DNA from: Bigelowiella natans CCMP2755
Taxonomy: Eukaryota > Protista > Cercozoa
Length of the DNA: 64,000 nucleotides
Assembly: GCA_000320545.1 (NCBI GenBank)
Contig: ADNK01001197.1
Span: 1 to 64,000, forward strand
Direction: 5' to 3'
In this document: positions 52,384 through 64,000 of the stretch, in pieces
Layout: each line of letters starts with the position of its first letter
Position numbering within the stretch: position 1 is the stretch's first letter
The notes under the pieces: generated by a model
Database searches by the model: none
Seen by the model: the letters and a program-made list of their open reading frames with translations, nothing else
Told to the model about the DNA's origin: nothing
Made by a program: the position numbers and the translations under genes

Positions 52384-52633
52384 TTGTATACGTGTGTGCA
52401 TCCCGCTCAATACCTTCCCATTTCGGGATGAAATCGAATGTGCCGTCGATGTTGCAGAGACATCCGCGTAGATTCAGCGATCGATTTAACCGTCTAGGTA
52501 AGAGTGGAGATCAGACGACAACCAAAATAATACAAACGCAAAAAACCGAGTTGAGATGAGATAACAATTTCTTCAAGTCTTCCGAAGTTGTGTATTGCCT
52601 TAGTTTTCGGTGACATCGCCAACCAAACGTCAT
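45167..52633 (-). CDS. Large multi-exon gene of unknown function, S/G/E-rich low-complexity C-terminal two-thirds
   Basis: In-frame spliced 5' exons MTFGWRCHRKLRQYTTSEDLKKLLSHLNS|TVKSIAESTR...PEMGR|ELRQAMQMHIK...AIRQCGRE. Further coding-like blocks at 49750-50400, 48730-48925, 46895-47460, 46400-46760, 45710-46200 and 45167-45550. No domain recognised; could be more than one gene. Confidence 0.55.
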
Positions 52634-54011
52634 GAACCTGATGCAATGATTATGAAATAAATAAGTAACTGTGTTTCATTTTTTTCTTTCTTACAACCAC
52701 CTGCTGCTTAACAATGGCTGCCTTGATTGCAGCTTCGTCAACCTGCGTCATGGCGGACGAGATGACCCCAGCCAGCAGGCTCTGATACCGTTGTTCATCG
52801 GCGTTACTCCTTTTCATTGTGCTGCATTGCCACTGCCTCTCAGCGAGAGATCTAATGGCTCATTATCCTAAAGTAAGCAGTACATGGGAGACATGTTATG
52901 ATATGTTGTTGTGTGCCACTTTCACTACATATACGCTTCCACAGTAAGGATGAGAATAGAAAATTGTGGTAGGGGGAGTGTTCATTTAAGAAGAGAGCGA
53001 AACCAAAACGGCGGTGAAGGACTGTCGGAAAAGCTAGAAAAACAACGCCAAGCCATGAGCTTGCTTCGTAACTGTTCACAGATATGTGCTCCTCGCTTCA
53101 CAAAGCTTCTAGCTACCAGCGAGGAAGCTGCTACCGTGATCTGCAGAAGTGCTCGTATTGGGGGACAGAGGGACTAACGACGCAATGGAGGAGGAAGGAG
53201 GAGGAGGAGGAGGAGGAGGAGGAGGAGGACAAGTGGTAGGAAAGTAGTCGGAGTTTTGTTGAACTAGATCTACTACTCATTTATTGCTTACATTATTCCT
53301 TTCCTACCAGGATGAGAGATCAAGCTACGTAGGCCATTTCACAGCTACTACTGGGAATAATTCCGAAAAGAAGCACCCATTTCCTCGACCTACTTCGGAA
53401 AACTACCGTTGTTTGTTGCGATGTTGTTCTGCCTAGTTCGTTTGTTTCTTGGAGAAATAATTGTACGATCTCGTGATATTCTCGGAGATCTTCTCCTTTC
53501 CGTATGACCGAGAGGATGTTGTCGTAGAACCAACTCCACATTAATTTTTCCCAGAGTTACATCATGGAAACGGCCATGGTATAATTTCGTAGGAAATTAC
53601 ATGTGAAACATATCTACGACATATCTTTATTGTTGTCACAAATTGTTCAAAGGATCAGTTTGTGAGGTTCTCGAGTCCTGCGACAAGTACGACTAGCATG
53701 CATGCTAACTGTTACTTTTGAGGGTTGCTGATCCTACGCTCCAACCCTACGCCTCACCCTTCCTTAACATTATTCACGTGAGAACCTTCTATGGTTTCTG
53801 TGAGGGAGAAGGTATAGTCTGAAGAGTGGCATCATCCCGGGTCAGTTTCGAGAAGTGTCACTGTCATAGAGGGCACGCTCCTTTTCAAAAGAGCTATGCC
53901 TGCTTGCGTTCTTACTTTTGATCTCTGATGTCACTGATTGGATGTGGACGGATCCTATTTGATTTTTTCCAGAAGCAAGATCTTCTTGCGGGGAACCACA
54001 AGTTTTAGAAC

Positions 54012-56325
54012 ATGGCGGACAATGATGAGGTGCCTGCTTTAATTGGCATGGTTGAGGGTTTACATACAGAAAAGAAGTACTCATCATTAATTTCTTACAT
54101 AGGGGGTTCAGCCTGCTAACATCACCGATGCAAGCGACGAAATCCCAAAGCCAGGCGACTCAAAAACAGGGGACAAGGGAAACGCCGAGAATAAACCCAA
54201 GCCTAAACGTATGAAACATCTACCCGCATATCTTTCTTCGTTCTTGCACATATATAGTGTGCAGGAAATAGAAAAAATACGAGACTCCAGTGAAGTATAC
54301 CTCATATTTATGTTCTTTCTATATGTTCTTTCTTGATCAAATACTTGCAGCTCTTACGAAAGAGGAAAAAGAAAAGGCACAACAGGCAGCTAATGGTAAT
54401 AGTACCAGCAACAAGACGACTTTGCAAATTCGTGTTTGTCGATAAAATTTGAATATTTTTTATGAGGTTTGACATTGTACTAATGAATTATGTAGCCGCT
54501 TTTGTGATGGCTGGCCAGATGGGAGCATTAGGTACTCTCTTTCTCTCTCTCTCTCTCTCCCCCCCCCCCCCCCCTTTCGTCTTTTCTCTCTTCCCTTTCG
54601 CTCTCGCTAGCTTGCCTCCCCCTTACCTTCCAATTCTTTACAGGTGTTGGGGCCAAAGTCGCTGCAAATTTAGTCGGACAACGGGCAGACGAAAATGTTA
54701 CGAAAGCTTCGAAGAAGAAAGGGGTTGGCTTTCCCATGCGGTTCTTTTTTTGTCTGCGTTCTACACTACGTTTCTCCATTTGAATTTGCCTTCTTCACCC
54801 TAACTGAGAAAACTTTCTAGTTATCTGAGGAGGAAGCAAAGAAACAAAAATCTGAACATGAGGTAAGCACAGAAAGAAAGTACTGAATATCTGCACCTTT
54901 GGCATGTTCTTCCTCTCGTCTAACTCTTTATCTTCCACTAAGGCTAAAATCTCTGACGAAGCCGAGATGGACCCGATACGGGAACGGATCGCAACAGCCA
55001 TGAGGGTAAAATTTTCCGTCCATGTATTTAGGACATGCCATATTCTTTATTTTCCTGAGTATTGGAGATGTTCTCAAATGTTTTCGTCTGGCCACAATAG
55101 AAAATGGAGAAGGCACAAGACGATATGTTGCGGACAAAGCCGGACCACCATTACAATGCAAATGAGGTGAGACATAACTTAGTTTTAAGATAGAAACTGG
55201 TCATTCTCATAAGCATTGATTATCCACAGACTGATAACAATGAAGAAATTAATACTCCTTGGTGGAGAGGTACGTAGCGCACGTGCAGCTAGCTGTGAGG
55301 AACAAATAAGAGAGGGAACAGAACACAAGATACGACCTCATACTTCCAGTATTGTGAAGAATGTTGTAATAATGCTACATAGGGGATGATAAGGATCGGC
55401 TGAGACCCCTCAGAACACCCAATGAACTAATTGGTACAACAAAGAATCTAAGTGATAGAAGAAGTGACGATGACGGCTCTTTAAAATTTAGCACCTCGCC
55501 AACGACTATTTGATTTCAACGTGGGGACTGAGCAGTCATCTTTTATTTCAAAAAGCAAACTCTGTCCCCATTGTAATTGTTCGAAGTTATTTGAGATGTT
55601 GTCTCATACGTACCCGCGTACCTATTAAAGCGAAAGTTGAATGGGTTTTGCAATTTGACCACAATATATCTTCGAGAATTTGAATTTAATGTTGCATTCA
55701 GAATATTTTTACTTTTCGGCTACCAAATTTGTCTGCCGTGTCTACCCTGTATCCCCCCTTGTCGCTCAACTGATCATATCGTATACAGATTCTGTGGGTC
55801 TAAATAATGGTGCTCAAAGGCCATTTGCTAACTTTGATCTTCTCGGGTACGTATCACAATCACACACATATAAATAAATAAGTAAATAAATAAATAAATA
55901 TTTTTACTATATGTCTTCGCATGTTTATATGTGTGTATCTTTGCGTGTGTGTATAATTTGTTCATCCATGTCCGCATTTTAATATGCACACACCCTCACA
56001 TTCTCGTATCATTTATAGAACTGCGGAATCGAAGCCATATTTCGACATGAGCAGAATAGCTAAATTAAGCCAGATAAGAGCCTACGAAGCAGAGGTAAAT
56101 TAATTTAACTATTATTAAATCGATGAAAAACCATCATATTGCAATTAATTCCGCTTTTTCGGCGAAGTACAACTTGGGAAATCTTTGGTTTTCAAGTTTG
56201 AAATTATCAAACGTGTCACTAAAATTGAGCCACAATACAAAATTGCACGTTCAGATTGAAGCGAAGGAGTTGCGGGAATTCAAAAGAAAGCATGAGAAAA
56301 CGTGAGAACCTAGTACCATGTGCTT

Positions 56326-56370
<45 letters not shown>

Positions 56371-57557
56371 CACAACACAGTTACGAATGAGTATATGATT
56401 TCGATAGAACAAACAAAGACACAAACACAGAGACATATGCCTATGCATACTGTAGGTATATTGAGGAAGAGTTGCAGAGAGTATCAGATATAAAAGAGCT
56501 CCTGGAGAAGGAAGTGAAAAAACTCAATAAGGAGGTATCCTTGACCGTCGAAATTGTAGGATACATTCTCAAAGACAAATAACTATTTCGATATGATTTA
56601 GACCCGTGATCTCCGCATCAACGACCTCCATCAAAAGATGAAGATATTGAAAAAGGAAAAGGAGTTAGAAGCGATACAAAGAATGTACGCTCTGGATCCT
56701 TATAAGGCCATGATGAGCATACCGGATATGCCTGCAAGGAAAGTGCTTGTCTCACAGGATAAAACTCTCCTTGATGTAGGCATCGAAAATAACGAGCTGA
56801 ACCGTTTATTAAAAAAGACATTGGATCAGCAAGAATCAATAGACAAAAAATTCGCACTAATGGAAATCAACACCGACTTCGCTAATCGGCTGGGAAAAAC
56901 CCAGGCGTATGATGGGAAGTTCAATAATGTGCAATTTTCACCTATAAATCCGGATATGTCGCGCTCCTTCACGATCTCCCTCTCCATCAAGACTACCTAT
57001 GATGGGCCTATAGTGTCGAAGGTTTACCGTGATAGTCTCTGGGGTTATGCGATGAAGTGTCTTCACATCCAGAATGGACAGGTAGGAATTCAAGAGATGA
57101 ATCCTGTGTTCGAATACCAAACCGGCGAGATAAATAGTATAAGGCAGGAGGATGCTCAGATTTTATAGAAATATGTCAACCACCATCCTCGTCATCACCA
57201 TATCATCATCGTCATCGATATCTTAGGTAAAATTCGATTCGTGTGCGGTGGGCTTTTGTAGCGGGACATCCTATGTCACGGACCAGAGTTGGCACAACAT
57301 CGTCGTGGTACACGATGCCGAGAAGAGGAAAATTGTACTCTTTGTAGATGGAGAGGAAGAGGCCAATCAATGTTTCGACAAAGGCATCGGCAAGGACCCT
57401 GTCAACACTCTTGTCAAAATAGGAGGTTCTGCCTCGAATTATCCTCAGCAAAAGTGGGTGATCGATCCCTACCTTGAATTTAGTCAATAGCTGCTTTTGC
57501 GTGTGAACAACCTCTTTATCTCCATTACCGCCCTCATTTCCCTATTGTAACTCTAGA

Positions 57558-57593
<36 letters not shown>

Positions 57594-58713
57594 CTGGGAA
57601 AGCATCACCGATAATTCATTATTTGTGTGTGCATTATACAGATACTTTCGGGGTATCATTAAGAATCCTATGTACTTCACGATACCCCTCACAATTGATC
57701 AAGTCAAGATGTTGTCCACGCAGATGTGGAAGCAACAGCGAGCAGCAAATCTAAAGGCGACACAAGAGGGAAGGGAGGGCGATCCATTGATAACCCTGGC
57801 TTATGATCCCGACTATAGCGAGAACGAGGCGGGACCGGAGAAGAAGGGCCCCAAGTTGGCACTAGATTGGAAGAAGAAGAAGATTATTCCTCTCAATGAG
57901 TTGGAAGCCAAAGAGTCCCTCTTTAAGCCTCAGCGAATACAAAAACTCAAAGAGCAAGCTCTTAAAATAGTTCAAAAGAAAGCCAAATACAAGCGCGGCA
58001 GCAAGGAGGAGCAACGGAAAATGCTCAGAGAACAACTCCAAAAGCTAATGGACAAAGAGACGAAAAAGCTCGCGAGCCAAAATGTTATTAAAGGCCAGCC
58101 TGACCGTAAGGAGGATATGGCAACACCACTCGATGTGCTCATCAGACTCGCGGCACAGGGTAACGACAGTATGTCTAAGATGCAAGCATCAATGGGATTT
58201 GCGAACTATTCCGTGAGACCCGATGGACAGGCAAAGATAATCAAATACAGGGGTGAACTCGCGCTCTCCGCAATTATGCACCTGCTCGAGTCAGACGATG
58301 CCAACACAGTTCGCTATGCAACCATATGCTGCGGTAACATCGGCTCAAATGGTAAGTTTCGACATAAGCTGCTAGATAATGAGGCTGTCCAACAAATTAT
58401 TAAGGTCTCAAACCGCAATGACATGGGAATGCTGACAAAGGCATGTTGCGCCTTCGCTCTCGCGAACTTGGCAGTTGAGAAAAATGGGCATGAAGACTTC
58501 CTACCGTTTTTACCGTCGGTGTTCGATCTAGCTGATGTTGTCGATAAGCATTGCCAAAAGTACGCTGCTCTCGCGATCCAGAACCTTTCGGCAAATCCGC
58601 GCATGTGGAAGCCGCTTAAGGTGATAATTACACTGATTATGAATATGTTGTTTTTTTATGCCTATGATTTATGTCAAGATAAGCATTTGTATGTGGACCG
58701 TTAAACCCTCTCT

Positions 58714-58752
<39 letters not shown>

Positions 58753-61700
58753 ACATATCAGGGATCAATTCGTTCTCTATCGAATGTGCTTCTATCTGAG
58801 AATCCTCACGTCGAGGCCAAAATTCACGCCGCAGCAGCAATGGCAAACATCGCCGTCGAAAACGGCAACAAGAGCTATATGATTCAGTGCGGGCTTCTAG
58901 ATGCGACCGTGAAGATTTTGATCGCTGATCGGTCGATCTCAAAAGTTATAATAGAGCTCTGCGCGTTCTTAAAGAACATGACGGGGCACTCCCTTTCTCA
59001 CATTCCCCTTGTCAAGACGGATCAGATGGTCATCGAACTGTCAAAACTCCTCACGCATGAGCTACTCGATATTCAGTTCATGGCCGCCAACATTTTTGTA
59101 AATATTACGGCGTCACAAGGCACGCACGAGTTTATGGCACGCGGTTATGTGTTCGACGCGCTGAAGACTTCGCTTCTCTCTCCTGATCATGGAGTGCGCG
59201 TGGCGACCGTTCGTACCCTTTGCAATCTCGCTGTTTCCCACTATGTACATGACCTCATCCTTGACAGGAAAATCCTAGATGATGTTGTCATATATCTCCA
59301 TTCGAACTCGGGCCACCAAGTCACCGACGCTTACAAGTTCTTCTCCGCAGTCCTCTGTGCAAGCTTGAGTGGGAACAAGAAAATCGTGCACAAATTCGCA
59401 CGACGGGGTGCCTTCATGCGAACAATATTGAATGTGATAGTCTCTATGCCAGATTACAATGAAGGAAAGATGATGAGTGCTAAAGCATGGCACTCAACGA
59501 ATCTTAACTTTGAAACAGGCCGTTACTGCGTACTAACAGTTGCCAACATTGCCTCGAGCAGAAAGGCACACTACACTGTGATGTCTGAATTGACCTACCT
59601 TGGGATCAAGCGCATCCTCATGCTCGCTGACTCGAAGGATCATGAGACTGTCGTGTACTTTTCATTGCTTATTCTCAACCTCTCCGAGAACCCAAGGAAT
59701 CATGGAGTAATTACGGAGCCTGCAGTGTATGAGACTATGACCCGCTTGCTAACGGAGAAGTCTTTGCTGACCTCGCTGCTCATAATTCGTAACGTGCTGG
59801 CTTACATCTCAAACATCATCGTAGATATAAAGACTGCCCGGCTCGTAGGCCAAAATCTTGACGGTGATGATAAGGATTTAGCTGCTATATTTGAAATGCA
59901 CAAACATTATTCATTAAATTGAACTACTTTGATCTTTTGTGACATAAACATTGCTTCTATGGCAAGAATTACAACAGCCACATTAAAATGAGAAGCACAC
60001 ACACACACACACACACACACACCTTTATGTATAATAATAGGTTTGAAGAAGCTGTGCCTGCAGATGAAGGTACCCCAAGATCGCTGCAAACTAGCAGAAA
60101 TCTTGGAGAAAATGTGCATCGACAAACAGATGCGTCGTGATTTGGTCCAAAACAAGCACGAACTTCTCGAACCGATGTTCCAGATGTATATGTCCTCAAG
60201 TAACATCGATACGGTAAGTATCACACTTTGTTTCCCAAAACTATCCGATTCCACTTTCAGCTGTTTATGGTCATCGGTATTGACTCTGAGCAAAGGAATG
60301 CAACAAACACACAGCTTCGTTATTACCAACCTTTCCACACTCATCAGCAATAATAATTTGGTCTGCGCGTGTGCAGGTTCGCTCGGCAATCCGCGTGATG
60401 GCCGCGATCGTCGAGCTCTGGGAAGATGAAATCCATCTTCCCATCGTCAATTCTAATATGATGCCCACGATTCTGCACTTCACCGAGTCACAGGACGAGT
60501 TCGTTGCATCCTGCTCCCTCTTCACGTTAACGTTGATTTCGCGAACGGGGAAGGTAATTCCGTACATGAACCACCATAACGTTGGAAATCTCCTTGGCAA
60601 GCTGATATACTCGCCGATGCTACAAGTTCGCGAGTACGCGCTTGAAGCTGTCGGTAACTATGCTTACCACGACAACGCACATGTAGACATAGTAGAAATT
60701 AATCTCATCAAGCTGCTCCTGCAAGTGGCGGGCGACCACTCAAGGACAAGGGCTGAAAAGGTTGGAGTGATTTATGCTCTTAGCAATGCCCTCGCTCACT
60801 CCTCCAACGCCATCTACATGGCCCCAATTGCAATGATGGTCTTTCGATCTCTGCTTGAGATGTACTTCGAGGATGATATGCAGCTCCAGCGCTATGCATC
60901 TAGGCTAATGGCTAATGCGTCCGTGGTTCTGTACGACAACATGAGCTTCACTGAGATTCAGACCCTTATCCAGCTTGTAAATATGGCCAAGCACAGTGAC
61001 GATCTGAGAACGAAATCCCTCTTCCTAAGTTGTTTCCACTCTATCTCGCTAGACTTGCGGAACTGCAAGAAATTGCTGATGTCAAATGTCACCTCGCTCA
61101 TCTTTGACGTGATGTCCAAAGTCGATGCATTCGAGCGTATCATTGTGCTCGACAGCTGCAAGCTGCTTTACAACCTTTCCTTTTCTCGAGAGGTGAACGA
61201 CAACTTGGTCACCATGGACATCATTCCGTCACTGCGTCGCGTTTTCATTGAGACTTCAGATCTCCCTACGAGGGTGATAATGGCGCAACTCATGGCTTCA
61301 CTCGCCTGTGATGGAGGGAGGATGACGAAAAACTTCATCGAGCGTGACGGGCTCGATACACTGCTGCGAATAGCCTTAAACGAGGAAACTGTGGAGGTGA
61401 TGCACTCTGCTGCACTCGCATTCATGTTTGTGACTGGAGGCCGAAACGAATGCAAAAGTTCTAAGTTAATCATGCAGCAGTTTGGAGAGCCATATCTCCT
61501 CAAACTTATCTACAGAATGCTAATCAAGGTTGTGCCTCTCCTCCCTTTTCCCTCCTTCGTTCTGAGTATTCACATTTCACAAATTTGGACAGGTGAGCAC
61601 GGTAAATGCGCTACTTATTGATGGCCCAGACGCGATTCCACCGAAAGTAAAGGAAAAGAAGGAGAAGGTGCTTAAGTATCCCTTTACACCGACACCGATA

Positions 61701-64000
61701 ACAGAGATGCCTGGTGTCGAGCGCGCTTTCAACCGAGCGTTGGACAAGGCCATTGCCGGAGACGAAGATGGGCATGTAACAGACGTTCCTGTGAAACCTT
61801 ACTTTACTCTTGGAGACAAGCCCCTTCCTGAAAATAAGGAAGAAGATGAAGAAGAAAAGGAGGAGGTGAAGAAGGGTGATGATGACGAGGACGAAGACGA
61901 GGACGAGGACGAGGATGAGGATGAGGATGAGGATGCAGAAGAAAAAGAGAAAGAAGACGACGCTTTTAAGAATATCAATCAGGATGAAATTGACGAGTCT
62001 GACGACGAAGAAGTTCAGCCTCCACCTCTACGCGGGGACGTACTCATTGAGGTAGCTGTATCAAGCCGGCCGGATGGAATGATGATCTGGGAGCTGGGTA
62101 ACATCAAATGCTATATGCACGTTAAGAACATTCCATCCTTTCGCTGGGCACCTCGCAAGGAGCAAAAACGCTACGGAACGATGCTTGTTACCGGAGAAGT
62201 GCCTGTCTACTCTCGAGAAGAAGATGAGATTGTGGAGCTTGCACTTTCGTTTGGAGAGTTATACATGCATGCCGACGTTGGATTGCCACCGCCTGAACCA
62301 GAACCGCTTTGGAATCCATACGAGGAGGACTCGGACTCGGACGATGAGAAGGAAAACAGAGACCTGCTTCTTTCGGTTGATAGAGAGATGATGATGGCCG
62401 GGGTGTGGGCTTTAGCCCATCTGACGTGTCTTCATCCCCTTAAAGCGATGAAGTTGCCGGATTTCCCGACCCTAAGTTTGCTCTCAACGATCATCCTGAC
62501 AATGCAGCTCGACCTAGAAGTCCGAAAATACGCTGTCATCTCTTTTATCAATATGTCGTATCACCACAAGTATCATCGAGACTTGGTCGTGCATGTCATC
62601 GCAATATATCACCATTTCGAAGAGCTTATCATGAAAGAAGACGATCATGAATGGCACCGATGCTTGATGCTCTTGCTCTACAACTTGTCGTCCAACCCTA
62701 CCATGCGGCCAATCTTGGCCACAGAATTCGATTTCTCCATCGTAGCTCACCTGATAGACTCTCAAGACCAGGAAACGGTGTTGTACACACTACAATTTAT
62801 GCAGTCTTGCTGCATTGAAATCAACTGCTCGGTCGCCATTGCAACCAATGAGAAGTTACTCGTGACCCTTTGTGCATATACGATGCACATAGCTACCGTG
62901 GAGGCGGTTGAGAAGCAAGATACCTCGGATCCGACATTGCAGGGACAAAATGACAGGTTGTACGAACAACTGCAGAAGGAGGTGAGTGGGGAGGGAGCTG
63001 CCGCTCCATGGCTGATAGATCCCCGCCTCAAAGCGAAGCGAATCATGGAGAATCTTGCCAAGTCAAAGGGAAAAGATGATGTCGATGAGAAAAAGGAGGT
63101 TGACGACGACGAGGAAGAGTTCGACGACGAAGTCAAAATGCCCAGCCTCGACGTATGTTGGTACCAGAAATATGCGGGTGGAATGATGTTAAACATGATC
63201 CGACATGAGGGAATTCGACTTACTCTCGCACGCTCTCCTATGGTTCTTTCCCTCATTCAACTCGCCGTGTGCCGCAACGTCGATGTTAAGGTGTACTCGA
63301 TGCGTGCGCTGGCTATTCTTGTGCAGGAAATTGTGGCATGCAAAAAGATTATCGGTAACTCTCTTACGGTCTTCATGGTACAAGACTGCCTACAGGTGCC
63401 CAATACCCGTGTCCAATTTGCAGCAATACAAGTCCTTGGATACATTTGCGCACGACCGCTAGATGAGGAGCTCGCCATGCGCCTCTCTCAGTTCCGAGAT
63501 GAGACAATGAGGATCATCGCTCGGATAGCCACCTTTGCATTTCGCGTTCATAAGAAGCGCAAAGAGGCGCGGGTCGTGTGCTACTTTGCCATGCTCGCAC
63601 TCCGCGTTATGTTCAGGATAAAGCCTTTAAGAATGCGGATGGCCATAAAGCCAGTTTCAATGTGCCTTTTACTGTTTATAAATCTTCTAAAGCAGCCTAG
63701 TCGATGTAAATACATGACTTGTTTTGCCCCACCGCTACAATATGACAGCAAAGGCAACATCGTCGAGGAGGAGAAGGGTAAGGTAGAGCGAGCAGATAAG
63801 ATGCTGTCCCGAGTGATGCTCTTTGCCCTGACAGCGTTGCTGGAGCTCGTACAGGACTACGACGCACCTGTACCGAAAGACGATGAACAGTTCCTTATCG
63901 ACCTTGTCCATATAATTTCCAATCAGCTTGGAACAGGCCGCTTCCATGGAACTTTCACCGAAGAAGTCCACACCAAATGCCTCTCGGTGCTCAACCACCT
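54012..64000 (+). CDS. Very large coiled-coil + LamG/concanavalin-like + armadillo-repeat protein (3' end beyond the window; 5' end uncertain)
   Basis: Small 5' exons MADNDE|GVQPANITD...|...IEAKELREFKRKHEK|YIEEELQRV...KE|TRDLRIND. LamG-like FTISLSIKT...SWHNIVVVHDAEKRKIVLFVDG...VKIGG|YFRGII. Many ARM repeats (VRYATICCGNIG, CAFALANLA, AALAIQNLS, AAAAMANIA, VRTLCNLA, ALEAVGNYA). An open frame from ~61592 to the window end (absent from the ORF track) has acidic tracts and further ARM-like helices. Confidence 0.8.
61878..61934 (+). repeat. Coding (GAGGAY)n repeat encoding a (DE)n acidic tract
   Basis: gatgatgacgaggacgaagacgaggacgaggacgaggatgaggatgaggatgaggat, in frame in the last exon. Confidence 0.8.

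Noticed and set aside
52714-52872. In-frame TGA followed by a signal-peptide-like stretch (possible selenocysteine or readthrough)
   Set aside because: No redox motif or recognisable SECIS, and TGA serves as a normal stop in STE24. More simply a uORF or noncoding leader.
62762-63998. Minus-strand ORFs at the right end
   Set aside because: Antisense to the continuous + strand ARM-protein exon that runs off the window.

Overview
Eukaryotic nuclear DNA from an intron-rich organism, probably a protist (inferred, species not identified). Introns are short (about 60-200 nt), GT-AG, and often carry microsatellites. I reconstruct about ten spliced genes: an unknown gene (-, runs off the left edge), Rab5 (+), a roughly 4,100-aa type-I membrane protein with fibro-slime/PA14, L-lectin, filamin/Ig and Cys-rich repeats (-), an RBR E3 ubiquitin ligase with a myristoylation motif (+), Ste24 CaaX protease (-), a small basic orphan ORF (+), a Cys-less pentameric ligand-gated ion channel (-), SART3/Prp24 (+), an unknown low-complexity gene (-), and a large coiled-coil/LamG/armadillo protein (+, runs off the right edge). 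The most striking structure is architectural. Gene orientation alternates strictly (- + - + - + - + - +). All four tail-to-tail spacers are 0.7-1.3 kb tracts densely packed with short palindromes (CTAG, GCATGC, TGCA, CATGCTAGCATG), and several share the motif ACAGCTAGAC. The head-to-head spacers lack this signature. This points to a possible sequence-coded termination or boundary system between divergent gene pairs (inference). Most short ORFs in the supplied track are microsatellite or antisense artefacts. Exon boundaries and motif counts were read by eye and are approximate.
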